From: an uncultured Flavobacteriales bacterium
Lineage (GTDB): Bacteria; Bacteroidota; Bacteroidia; Flavobacteriales_D; Parvicellaceae
DNA length: 64,000 nucleotides
Assembly: GCA_943788755.1 (NCBI GenBank)
Contig: CALSRM010000002.1
Span: forward strand, 91,505 to 155,504
Direction of reading: 5' to 3'
In this document: piece after piece, positions 29,580 through 39,196 of the stretch
How positions within the stretch are numbered: the stretch's first letter is position 1
Layout: the number at the start of each line of letters is the position of its first letter
Translations under genes and position numbers: made by a program
Notes under the pieces: generated by a model
What the model was told of the DNA's origin: nothing
Databases searched by the model: none
The model's input: the letters and a program-made list of their open reading frames with translations, nothing else

Positions 29580-30213
29580 TTAGTTTAACGCTTAAGCCTA
29601 ATGTGGTTTTGATAGTGGCAAAATCTTCTACAAAAGTTTTGTCAATTGTCATGTCCATATAAACCTGAAAGTCTTGATCATGAATAAACTCATCTAATCT
29701 AATGTCAGGGTTAGGTGTTAAATACATGGTATTCCCAATATTATTAGGAACAGTAGTGCCGCCATTAGAGTCATTATATGTGCCCATATGTTTTGCGTTA
29801 TATGCCATGCTAGGGTTGTTTGGGTCATAAATAATAATGTCTGCTTTATCCTGAACGTCTTTGTCTACCATGTAAACCTGTACTTCGTTTAACATTGCAA
29901 AATCACAACCCTCAACCCCTATTAATTCCATTTTTATAGTGGTTGGAATAATGTCATGAACTAAATGCGCGTATGGATTCGGGTTTGATGTAGCAACCTT
30001 TTCTTTAAAAGGAACTGTTAATAGAGGGATGTCCCAGCAAATGTTAAGAGGTACTGTGAAAATAGTATTAGGGACTTGGAAAGTGATAGTCTCCGTAAGC
30101 TCAAATTCAGTTACTTCATATTCAACATTATTGCCATTTAATTTTTCTAACTTTTTTTTACAGCCGCTAAAAATAATAGAAACGAGAACAAGTAATACAA
30201 TTGAATATTTCAT
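29554..30213 (-). CDS. hypothetical lipoprotein
   Basis: MKYSIVLLVLVSIIFSGCKKK lipoprotein signal. No other motif recognised. Confidence 0.55.
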   Translation of the reverse strand: MKYSIVLLVLVSIIFSGCKKKLEKLNGNNVEYEVTEFELTETITFQVPNTIFTVPLNICWDIPLLTVPFKEKVATSNPNPYAHLVHDIIPTTIKMELIGVEGCDFAMLNEVQVYMVDKDVQDKADIIIYDPNNPSMAYNAKHMGTYNDSNGGTTVPNNIGNTMYLTPNPDIRLDEFIHDQDFQVYMDMTIDKTFVEDFATIKTTLGLSVKLINENKTHF

Positions 30214-30506
30214 GAGAAAGCTAGTTTTTGAATGCTTAAATATAATACCTATTTATGAGAATTAAAATTAGCAGTTCTTTTTTATCTAAAAATATTCAAT
30301 ATATAGGCAACTAGCTAAAACACTAGGTGTCTGTAATTATACAAATTGGATAAACTGAGTATATCAATTGACATATCTTTAGACAACTCCAATTTGGATG
30401 GCTAGCATGAATGCTATGACGGGACAGAATACCAAAAAACAGGGCATGTATCCTTAATCAGATAACTATCTAATAATATGTGGCTCCTTTTTTGTTTATT
30501 TGTTTT

Positions 30507-31253
30507 ATGAAAATAGTGAGTTTATTTCTTGCCGTATTTTGTTTTACCTGCTGTTCAAATGGTCAAGATAGAATTGATCCAATTCGTGAATATTACACTA
30601 AACATGCTCCTGATACTCTAGCTAGCGTCTCCCACGGAAGTGTTTCTAATGGTAGTTTGGAACATGGAAAGTTACTTCCTTATCATGGAAATAACTATTC
30701 TTATTTTGATACTACAAGTTACTTTTCTGGTAGAGCATTTTTACATGAGGATGTTTTAGCCTTTACGTTAAAAGCTTACAAAGAGCTTGTGTCTGTCTCA
30801 GATCGATTTTATCGAATAATGGAATGCTCTAATAAAAAGGGAGGAAAATTATTGCCGCATCAAACCCATCAGAATGGGACAAGTATCGATTTTATGATGC
30901 CCCTAACAAAAGATCATAAGCCATACTATAAGCTTGACAAAACAGGTGTTAGTCACTATTGGCTTTCGTTTGATGATGCCGGAAAGTATTCCGAAGATAA
31001 ATCTGTAGAAATTGATTTTGAAGCAATTGCACAGCATATTTTATTATTGAATGAAGCGGCTAATGAAAAAGGATGGAAAATTAAGAAGGTTATTATCAAA
31101 ATCGAGTTAAAAGATGAATTGTATGCAACTCCCTCAGGTAAAAAGCTAAAAGCAAAAGGGATATACGTAGTGCAAGGTTTGTCTAAAATGGTTAATGCAC
31201 TCCATGATGAGCACTATCATATTGATTTTGCTAAAGTTGAACCTTTCTATTGA
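30507..31253 (+). CDS. penicillin-insensitive murein endopeptidase-like (LAS/M74-type) lipoprotein
   Basis: The ATG at 30507 gives MKIVSLFLAVFCFTCCSNG. HQTHQNGTSIDF and HDEHYHIDF resemble the MepA metal-binding motifs (H..SHQ.G.D.D and H.H). Confidence 0.55.
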   Translation: MKIVSLFLAVFCFTCCSNGQDRIDPIREYYTKHAPDTLASVSHGSVSNGSLEHGKLLPYHGNNYSYFDTTSYFSGRAFLHEDVLAFTLKAYKELVSVSDRFYRIMECSNKKGGKLLPHQTHQNGTSIDFMMPLTKDHKPYYKLDKTGVSHYWLSFDDAGKYSEDKSVEIDFEAIAQHILLLNEAANEKGWKIKKVIIKIELKDELYATPSGKKLKAKGIYVVQGLSKMVNALHDEHYHIDFAKVEPFY

Positions 31254-31293
31254 AGTAGACGTATAGGCATGAAAATCAAAAAAGGCACATATT

Positions 31294-32506
31294 TCAGAAA
31301 AACCTATATATCTTCCCGGATAAATCTTTCAACGCTTCTTCCAAACAAACAACAGCATTTACTAGAGCTTCTTTGTTTAAGACATATGCAATTCTAACCT
31401 CTTGCTGTCCCGCTCCTTTTGTAGCATAAAAACCAGTTGCAGGAGCAAGCATTACTGTTTGTCCGTTATAATCAAATTCTTCCAATAACCATTGGCAAAA
31501 TTTATCTGCATTGTCAATTGGTAATTTTGCAATTGCATAAAAAGCTCCTTTAGGTTTAGGGCAAGTAACACCTTCAATTTTATTCAAACCATCAACAACA
31601 ATGTCTCGTCGTTCAACGTATTCTTCAATAACATCGTCGAAAGTAGCTTTGGGGAGTTGCCAAAGCAGCTTCACCCGCTATTTGACCAAAAGTAGGTGGG
31701 CTTAATCTAGCTTGACCAAATTTTAGAGCCATTGCCATAAGTTCTGCGTTTTTACTAATTAAAGCGCCAACCCTTGCTCCACACATACTGTACCTTTTAG
31801 AAACAGAATCAACCAAAACTACATTGTTTTCGATGCCTTGTAATTGTAAACAAGAGTAGTGCTCAGCACCATCGTAACAGAATTCTCTATAAACTTCATC
31901 TGCAAATAAAAACAAATCATATTTTTTTACAATATCTCGAAGTGTTTCTAATTCTTCCTTACTGTACAAATAGCCAGTAGGATTGCCTGGGTTACAAATC
32001 AAAATACCTTTCGTTTTTGGAGTAATCAATTTTTCAAACTCACTAATTGGAGGAAGCGCAAACCCATCTTCAATTTTTGCAGTTACCGGCACTACATTTA
32101 CACCTGCAGTAACACCAAATCCGTTATAGTTTGCATAAAAAGGCTCTGGAACAATTAATTCATCACCAGGTTCCAAGCAGGTTTGAAAAGCAAATATTAA
32201 AGCTTCCGAACCACCAGTAGTGATCATTATTTCATTGTTTGGATTCAAATTAATTCCAAAGTTTATATAATAATCAGAAAGCCCTTCTCTGTAAGATTGA
32301 AAACCTGCAGAGTGACTGTATTCCACCACTTTTAAATCAAGATTTTTCATTTTATCAAGCACAACTTGAGGTGTTTCAATGTCCGGTTGTCCGATGTTTA
32401 AATGATGCACCTTTTTTCCATCCTTTTTCGCTTGCTCCGCATAAGGAACTAATTTACGAATAGGTGAGGCTGGCATTGAATGGGCTTTACTTGCTATTTT
32501 TGGCAT
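31294..32506 (-). pseudogene. class I/II PLP-dependent (aspartate-type) aminotransferase, split by one frameshift
   Basis: Two overlapping same-strand ORFs. The N-part is MPKIASKAHSMPASPIRKL...SVSKRYSMCGARVG (PLP lysine context) and the C-part continues KATFDDVIEEYVERRD.... The junction lies in actCCCCaaagct (about 31640-31652), and one fewer C restores ...ATPKATFDD. Confidence 0.8.
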
Positions 32507-32646
32507 GTCTAGGTCGTTTGGTTGTTTCGGCGGCAAAAATATTAAAATTACACATATTTCAAATAAAAAAAACGCCATTTATCAAGTGCCATATAAAAAG
32601 ATATTATTGTCATTCATTATACCGGACTGTGTCATTCAGAACACAA

Positions 32647-32674
32647 TTTCACTGAAAATTTATTTTCAGTGAAA
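32647..32674. promoter_or_regulatory. perfect 28-bp palindrome TTTCACTGAAAAT-TT-ATTTTCAGTGAAA in a divergent intergenic region
   Basis: 13-bp arms with a 2-nt centre, read directly. Lies between the aminotransferase (minus, ATG 32506) and dnaE (plus, ATG 32849). Function unknown. Confidence 0.4.
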
Positions 32675-32848
32675 AATAAGGTGATGAATCTTTTGTCGAG
32701 AACACTTATGTTGAAGTGATTAACTAGGGTCTTAATTATGGCAATTTTGTTTAAAAACACTTTTTTCCTTATTTATCAACAAGTATAGATTTAATCGATG
32801 TGATTTCTTAATTTTATATTCCCGAAATTTTTACATCCAAATAGAAAT

Positions 32849-35800
32849 ATGTACTTAATATTTGATACCGAAACAACTGGTCTCCCAAGAGACTTTAAAG
32901 CGCCAATTACGGATACAGATAATTGGCCACGTTGTGTGCAAATTGCCTGGCAATTGCATGATGGTATGGGGAAGTTAATAGAATCAAAAGATTACTTGAT
33001 TCAACCAGAAGGATATGATATCCCTTATAAAGCAGAGGAAATTCACGGTATCTCTACGGACCTAGCAATGGAGCAGGGCATTCCCTTGAAAGATATGTTA
33101 ATTGAGTTCAACGAAGTGTTAGGAAGAGCAAAATTTATTGTTGGTCAAAACCTGAAGTTCGATACCAATGTAGTGGGCTGTGAGTTTGTTCGTGTAGAAC
33201 TTGAAAATGATTTACAGGAGACGCCGGTTTTGGATACTTGTACAGAAGATACGGCTGTATTATGCCAAATTCCTGGTGGTAGAGGAGGTAAATTTAAATT
33301 GCCAACCTTAACAGAGTTGCATCAATATCTGTTTAATGAACCATTCGGTGAAGCGCACAATGCAACGGCCGATGTAGAAGCTACTACCCGTTGCTTTTTG
33401 GAGTTAATTAGATTAAGAAACTATACCTCTGTTCAGCTTCAACAAAATGAAAAATATTTTACTGAATTTACGCAGACAAATACTTCTTCATTTGAGAAAA
33501 TTGGGTTGAAACATTTAAACCTTAAAGCAGAAAGCGAAAAAATTCGTAAAAGAAAAGAAGCTGAAGAAGGAGGTGGAGAGGTTTATATTGATACAGTAGA
33601 AAATCTTAAGCGTTTAGAAAATGTCACTTTTTCGCATTTACATAATCATACACAGTTTTCTATATTGGAGTCAACTACCAAAGTTGATGCTTTAATTCAC
33701 AAAGCTGCCGAATATAGAATGCCTGCTGTTGGTATGACAGATAGAGGAAATATGATGGCTGCTTTTCATTTTGTAGCAGCTGGAGCTAAGCATAATAAAG
33801 GCATTAAAGGGAAAATCAAAGCACTTGAAGAAAAACTAGCATGTGGTAAAATAACTGAATCATCGGAAAACGAAAACGGTGAAACGATTGAAACAGAAAG
33901 AGCATTAAAAGACAGTGAAATAGATTCTTTTACATTTGATGTTGAAGATTTAAAACAGCAAATCGTTCTACCAATTGTTGGAAGTGAGTTTTATGTTTGC
34001 AAAGACCATAAGGACAAAAGCTTAAAGGACAATGGATACTTGGTTCCCATGCTAGCCAAAAATAAAAATGGTTATCACAATATTTCAAGAATGTCATCCG
34101 CAGGGCATGTGGAAGGCTTTTATTATGTTCCGCGAATTGATAAAGATGTTGTTGAAAAATTCAAAGAGGATGTAATTGTATTAACGGGAGGTGTAGATGG
34201 GGAAATTCCTCAAATGATTTTAAATGTTGGCGTCAAGCAAGCAGAAGAATCTTTTGCTTGGTGGCACAGAACATTTGGAGAGGATTTTTACGTGGAGTTA
34301 AACAGACATGATGTAGATGAAGAGAAGTTGGTTAATGATACTTTAATAAAGTTTGCTAAGAAATATGGTGTAAAGTGTATTGCAGCAAACAATAATTTTT
34401 ATTTAGAGCAAGAAAGTTCAGTTCCGCATGATATTTTGATGTGCGTTAAGGCAGGGGAGAAACAAGCTACACCCATAGGTAGAGGAAGAGGTTTTAGGAA
34501 TGGAATGCCCAATGATAATTATTTTTTCAAATCACAGCAGGAAATGAAACGAGCGTTTGCAGATATTCCAGAAGCGATTGAAAACGTTGAAGAGATTGTT
34601 GCGAAATGTGAAAGTTATGTATTGGCAAGAGATGTTTTATTGCCTGCTTTTGATATTCCAGAGGAATTTAGAGATCCAGCAGACTTAAAGGATGCCACTT
34701 TAAAGAATGGTGAGAATGCTTATTTACGTCATATTGCATATAAAGGAGCAAAAATTAGATACGGAGAGGATTTACCTGAAGATATAAAAGAAAGGTTGGA
34801 TTTTGAGCTTTCTGTAATTCGAAATACCGGGTATCCAGGTTATTTTTTAATTGTTGAAGATTTTATTCGCGAAGCGCGAAGAATGAATGTAGCTGTTGGT
34901 CCAGGTCGTGGTTCTGCAGCAGGTTCAGTGGTTGCATATTGTACGTGGATAACTAATATAGACCCACTTAAATACAATCTACTTTTTGAGCGGTTCCTAA
35001 ACCCTGAGCGTATATCGATGCCTGATATTGATATTGACTTTGATGATGAAGGTCGTGGACGTGTAATTCAATATGTAATTGATAAATATGGGGCGAGTCA
35101 AGTTGCTCAAATTATTACCTATGGAACTATGGCGGCTAAGTCCTCTATTCGAGACGCAGGTCGTGTTTTGGATTTACCATTGCCTGATACCGATAGGGTA
35201 GCAAAGTTGGTTCCAGATATAAAATTGAACAAGTTGTTCAGCATGCCGGAAGAGAAATTAGCACAGAAACTAGATTCTGAGCAACTAAAAATGGCGGACG
35301 AATTGAAGCGTATTCTAGAAGATCCAAGTTTGGAAGGCGAAGTGCTTCGTCAAGCCAAAACATTAGAAGGTTCCATGCGAAATACCGGCATTCATGCCTG
35401 TGGTGTAATCATTACACCTAGTGATATTCGAGAACATGTTCCTGTTGCCTTGGCAAAAGATTCTGAAATGTGGAGTACACAATTCGATAACTCTGTTGTT
35501 GAAAATGCTGGCCTGCTTAAAATGGATTTCTTGGGTCTTAAAACATTAACCCTTATTAAAGATACATTGGTAATTGTAAAAGCAAGACACAATGTAGAGA
35601 TTGATATTGAGGAAATTCCGTTGGACGATGATTTGACTTACGCACTTTTCCAAAAAGGGGAAACAGTTGGTATATTTCAATATGAATCTGCTGGAATGCA
35701 GAAACATTTAAAAGATTTGAAACCTACTGAGTTCTCAGATTTGATTGCAATGAATGCTTTATATCGTCCGGGCCCCATAGAATATATACCTTCTTTTATT

Positions 35801-37435
35801 CGTCGTAAACATGGTGAAGAAGAAATTGAGTACGATTTAGAAGGAATGGAAGAATATCTTAAGGAGACTTATGGTATTACCGTTTACCAAGAGCAGGTAA
35901 TGTTGCTTTCTCAAAAGTTAGCTGACTTTACAAAAGGTGAAGCGGATGTTTTGCGTAAAGCAATGGGGAAAAAGCAAATTACGGTACTGGCTAAAATGAA
36001 ACCGAAGTTCATAAAGCAAGCTATTGAAAAAGGTCATGATCCAGAGAAATTAGAAAAGGTATGGACAGATTGGGAAGCATTTGCATCGTATGCATTTAAT
36101 AAATCACACTCTACTTGTTATGCATGGATTGCCTATCAAACAGCTTATTTAAAAGCACATTATCCAGCTGAATATATGGCCGCTGTTCTGAGTAATAATA
36201 TGAATGACATTAAATCTGTCTCCTTTTTTATGCAAGAATGTCAGCGGATGGGATTGAAAGTTCTTGGCCCAGATGTAAATGAGAGTTATTACAAATTTGC
36301 TGTGAATCCAAAAGGCGAAGTCCGCTTTGGAATGGGAGGAATGAAAGGAGTTGGAGAAGGGCCTGTAAAGTCGATGATTGAACATCGTAAGAAAGATGGA
36401 CCATTTGTTTCCATGTTTGACTTGGTTCGAAGGGTTAGTTTGAAAGATTGTAATAAGCGTGTATTGGAAAGCTTAGCGAAAGGAGGAGGGTTTGATCGTT
36501 TTACCAATTTGCATCGAGCACAGTATTTCGCTAAGGACGAAAAAGACAGAAGTTTAATCGAAAAAGCACTTAAATACGGACAAGCCTACCAGCAAGGTAA
36601 AAACTCTTCTCAGGTAAGTATGTTTGATATGCTGGGTGATGGGGAAGGAGTTGAAATTCCAGAACCGATTGCTGAAAAAGCCCCAAAGTGGAGTGCATAT
36701 CAAAAATTAAATCTTGAAAAAGAGGTTGTCGGTATTTATATTACGGGACACCCATTAGAAGATTTCAAACTGGAAGTTGATAATTTTTGCGATGTGAATT
36801 TGAGAGTCTTGTCAGAGCATATTAATCAACTACCGGAAAAAGAATACAAATTTGCAGCTATTGCAGCGGACGCTTTAAATTTAGAAAGTAGAAAAGGGAA
36901 TAAATATGGTGTTCTCGAAATGCATGACATGGAGGGAACCATGGAATTTCGCTTGTTTGGAGAACAATATTTAAAATATCGCCACTTTTTAGTTCCTGGT
37001 AGTTTCTTGTTTATAAAAGGGACTGTCCAGCGAAAATCTAAGAAATGGAATCTTGATGGGAAGCAGAAAGAGTTTCGGGTTTCTTACATGGAGTTATTGT
37101 CCGAAATTCGAAATAAAGAGTTGAAGCAAGTATATGTTCAAATGGATTCATCCTATATAACTGCTGAGAGTATTGCAGAAGTCGAAGAAGTATTTACTAA
37201 ATATGAAGGAGGGGTAAATGTCTATTTAGATATGATTGATTATAGCGAAAATGAAGGAGTTACTTTGGTTTCTAAAACGAGAAAGGTTGAGGTTTCGAAT
37301 GAATTTATGCGAGATATGAAAAAGATAGGAGGGTATGTTGACATTAGTTTTAACAGGTCTAAAATGACAGAAGTAATTAAAAAGAATCAAGCAAAACAGG
37401 TTGTTTTAGTAAACGAAAAGGCAATAGCGATTTAA
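32849..37435 (+). CDS. dnaE: DNA polymerase III alpha subunit with an N-terminal DEDDh 3'-5' exonuclease (epsilon-like) domain
   Basis: Residues 1-190 carry Exo I (IFDTETTGL), Exo II (GQNLKFDTNVV) and Exo III (HNATADVEAT). They are followed by PHP (HLHNHTQFS), the polymerase core (GPGRGSAAGS, MPDIDIDF) and an OB fold. 1528 aa with no frame disruption. Confidence 0.95.
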   Translation: MYLIFDTETTGLPRDFKAPITDTDNWPRCVQIAWQLHDGMGKLIESKDYLIQPEGYDIPYKAEEIHGISTDLAMEQGIPLKDMLIEFNEVLGRAKFIVGQNLKFDTNVVGCEFVRVELENDLQETPVLDTCTEDTAVLCQIPGGRGGKFKLPTLTELHQYLFNEPFGEAHNATADVEATTRCFLELIRLRNYTSVQLQQNEKYFTEFTQTNTSSFEKIGLKHLNLKAESEKIRKRKEAEEGGGEVYIDTVENLKRLENVTFSHLHNHTQFSILESTTKVDALIHKAAEYRMPAVGMTDRGNMMAAFHFVAAGAKHNKGIKGKIKALEEKLACGKITESSENENGETIETERALKDSEIDSFTFDVEDLKQQIVLPIVGSEFYVCKDHKDKSLKDNGYLVPMLAKNKNGYHNISRMSSAGHVEGFYYVPRIDKDVVEKFKEDVIVLTGGVDGEIPQMILNVGVKQAEESFAWWHRTFGEDFYVELNRHDVDEEKLVNDTLIKFAKKYGVKCIAANNNFYLEQESSVPHDILMCVKAGEKQATPIGRGRGFRNGMPNDNYFFKSQQEMKRAFADIPEAIENVEEIVAKCESYVLARDVLLPAFDIPEEFRDPADLKDATLKNGENAYLRHIAYKGAKIRYGEDLPEDIKERLDFELSVIRNTGYPGYFLIVEDFIREARRMNVAVGPGRGSAAGSVVAYCTWITNIDPLKYNLLFERFLNPERISMPDIDIDFDDEGRGRVIQYVIDKYGASQVAQIITYGTMAAKSSIRDAGRVLDLPLPDTDRVAKLVPDIKLNKLFSMPEEKLAQKLDSEQLKMADELKRILEDPSLEGEVLRQAKTLEGSMRNTGIHACGVIITPSDIREHVPVALAKDSEMWSTQFDNSVVENAGLLKMDFLGLKTLTLIKDTLVIVKARHNVEIDIEEIPLDDDLTYALFQKGETVGIFQYESAGMQKHLKDLKPTEFSDLIAMNALYRPGPIEYIPSFIRRKHGEEEIEYDLEGMEEYLKETYGITVYQEQVMLLSQKLADFTKGEADVLRKAMGKKQITVLAKMKPKFIKQAIEKGHDPEKLEKVWTDWEAFASYAFNKSHSTCYAWIAYQTAYLKAHYPAEYMAAVLSNNMNDIKSVSFFMQECQRMGLKVLGPDVNESYYKFAVNPKGEVRFGMGGMKGVGEGPVKSMIEHRKKDGPFVSMFDLVRRVSLKDCNKRVLESLAKGGGFDRFTNLHRAQYFAKDEKDRSLIEKALKYGQAYQQGKNSSQVSMFDMLGDGEGVEIPEPIAEKAPKWSAYQKLNLEKEVVGIYITGHPLEDFKLEVDNFCDVNLRVLSEHINQLPEKEYKFAAIAADALNLESRKGNKYGVLEMHDMEGTMEFRLFGEQYLKYRHFLVPGSFLFIKGTVQRKSKKWNLDGKQKEFRVSYMELLSEIRNKELKQVYVQMDSSYITAESIAEVEEVFTKYEGGVNVYLDMIDYSENEGVTLVSKTRKVEVSNEFMRDMKKIGGYVDISFNRSKMTEVIKKNQAKQVVLVNEKAIAI

Positions 37436-37582
37436 ACAAGAAACGAAAAGCCTAAACAGAAAATTAGGATGCCAAGATGACAGAAAAAAGGGTTTGGTAT
37501 TGATTTTGTCATTTGGGATAAAGAATTAAATTTACATTTGTAAAAGAATAAGGAAATAAAATAATTTAAAAAAATAAATAAG

Positions 37583-37897
37583 ATGGCATTAGAATTCACA
37601 GACGCAAACTTTGAGGAGTTAACAAACACAGACAAACCAGTATTGGTTGATTTTTGGGCAGCATGGTGTGGACCGTGTAAATTAGTTGGACCACATATCG
37701 ATGCATTGCATGATGAGTATGAAGGAAGAGCGGTAGTAGGAAAAGTTGATGTGGATACTAATCCAACAATTGCTGCTAAGTATGGGGTAAGAAACATTCC
37801 TACAATCTTAGTAATGAAAAACGGTGAAGTAGTAGATAAAGTTGTTGGTGCAGTTGCAAAAGAAGCTTTAGCAGAAAAATTGGATGCTGCTTTGTAG
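37583..37897 (+). CDS. trxA: thioredoxin
   Basis: WAAWCGPCK active site. 104 aa. Confidence 0.93.
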   Translation: MALEFTDANFEELTNTDKPVLVDFWAAWCGPCKLVGPHIDALHDEYEGRAVVGKVDVDTNPTIAAKYGVRNIPTILVMKNGEVVDKVVGAVAKEALAEKLDAAL

Positions 37898-37919
37898 TTA
37901 AATAGAAATAATTAGACCT

Positions 37920-37953
37920 AAATCTCGTTGCATTATGTAACGAGATTTTTTTT
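37920..37953 (+). terminator. rho-independent terminator after trxA
   Basis: 10-bp stem (aaatctcgtt / aacgagattt), 9-nt loop, then a T-run. Confidence 0.65.
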
Positions 37954-37985
37954 GGATAAAAATTAAATCTATCTTGTAGCCTATA

Positions 37986-38906
37986 ATGCAGAATCAAATT
38001 AATCATCAAAAGACCCGAGAGTTTGGAAGTTTAGAAATACTTGCAAAACAAGTTGTGGAAGGGTTTATTACCGGTTTGCATAAGAGTCCGTTTCATGGTT
38101 TTTCTGTTGAGTTTGCAGAACATCGTTTGTACAATACAGGTGAATCAACACGTCATATCGATTGGAAACTCTACGCTCGTACGGAAAAGCTATTTATAAA
38201 ACGATACGAGGAAGAAACTAATTTAAGGTGTCAGGTTGTAATTGATACTTCATCTTCTATGTATTATCCAGAAGATTCAGAAATGAATAAGATGGAGTTT
38301 TCGGTAAACACGGCGGCCGCTTTAATATATTTAATGCGAAGGCAAAGAGATGCCGTTGGTGTTTCTCTATTTGATGAAAAAGTTCTGTTGCATACTCCAT
38401 GTAAATCGAGCATGACGCATCATCGGTTTTTATTCACCCAGTTAGAAAAACATTTACATAGTTATAACCAAACTGAAAGAAAGAGTACCAATGTGGTAGA
38501 TGCGTTGCATCAAATTGCAGAGCAGGTGCATAGAAGATCTTTAGTCATTATTTTCAGTGATATGATGGATAATGCGAATAACCACACGGAGGTTTTTAAT
38601 GCATTGAAACATTTAAAGCATAATAAACACGAAGTTGTACTATTTGATGTGACCGATAAAAAATATGAAGTAGATTTTGAATTTAACAACCGGCCTTACA
38701 CTTTTGTGGATATGGAAACAGGAGAACAGGTTAAATTAAATCCAAATCAGGTAAAAGATACGTTCAATGAGTTGAAATCCAATCAACAAAATGAGTTAAA
38801 GCTAAAGTGCGGTCAGTACCGTATTGACTATGTTGAAGCAGATATTAATAAAGGGTTTGAGCAAGTATTATTACAGTATTTAATTAAAAGACAAAAAATG
38901 ATTTAA
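37986..38906 (+). CDS. DUF58 (vWA-like) domain protein
   Basis: SPFHGFSVEFAEHRLYNTGESTRHIDWKLYART is the DUF58 signature. No adjacent MoxR or BatA-type genes. Confidence 0.8.
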   Translation: MQNQINHQKTREFGSLEILAKQVVEGFITGLHKSPFHGFSVEFAEHRLYNTGESTRHIDWKLYARTEKLFIKRYEEETNLRCQVVIDTSSSMYYPEDSEMNKMEFSVNTAAALIYLMRRQRDAVGVSLFDEKVLLHTPCKSSMTHHRFLFTQLEKHLHSYNQTERKSTNVVDALHQIAEQVHRRSLVIIFSDMMDNANNHTEVFNALKHLKHNKHEVVLFDVTDKKYEVDFEFNNRPYTFVDMETGEQVKLNPNQVKDTFNELKSNQQNELKLKCGQYRIDYVEADINKGFEQVLLQYLIKRQKMI

Positions 38907-38921
38907 TTTTCTGAATAAGTG

Positions 38922-38952
38922 TTTGCACGGCAAGAAAATTCTATTACTTTTG
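38922..38952 (+). promoter_or_regulatory. candidate Bacteroidota promoter (-33 TTTG, 19-nt spacer, -7 TActTTTG) for tRNA-Asp
   Basis: TTTG at 38922-38925 and TAnnTTTG at 38945-38952. This implies a leader of about 80 nt before the tRNA. Confidence 0.3.
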
Positions 38953-39041
38953 TCATCCCTTCATTAGAGGGGAAAACAATTTCACTTCCGATAGCTATTG
39001 GAAGACTAACTGTTGTTAGTGGTTGAAAAACTTTGAAAATT

Positions 39042-39115
39042 GGTCTGGTAGTTCAGTTGGTTAGAATACCTGCCTGTCACGCAGGGGGTCGCGGGTTCGA
39101 GTCCCGTCCAGACCG
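39042..39115 (+). tRNA. tRNA-Asp (GUC)
   Basis: Folded by hand: acceptor GGTCTGG/CCAGACC, anticodon stem CCTGC/GCAGG, loop CTGTCAC, T-loop TTCGAGT, discriminator G. CCA is not encoded. Confidence 0.92.
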
Positions 39116-39116
39116 C

Positions 39117-39147
39117 AAAAAGCTCTTCGGAAACGAGGAGCTTTTTT
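39117..39147. terminator. bidirectional terminator hairpin with GAAA loop
   Basis: agctcttcg-gaaa-cgaggagct (one G-U pair), flanked by an A-run and a T-run. Sits between convergent tRNA-Asp and the photolyase operon. Confidence 0.55.
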
Positions 39148-39196
39148 GGTTTATATTATTTTTAGCGAGTTGCATCAATTCTTTACAGGTTATTGT

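Noticed and set aside
37432-37797. 121-aa ORF antisense to trxA and the dnaE-trxA spacer
   Set aside because: It overlaps the unmistakable thioredoxin gene (WCGPC) and has no motif. Typical shadow ORF.
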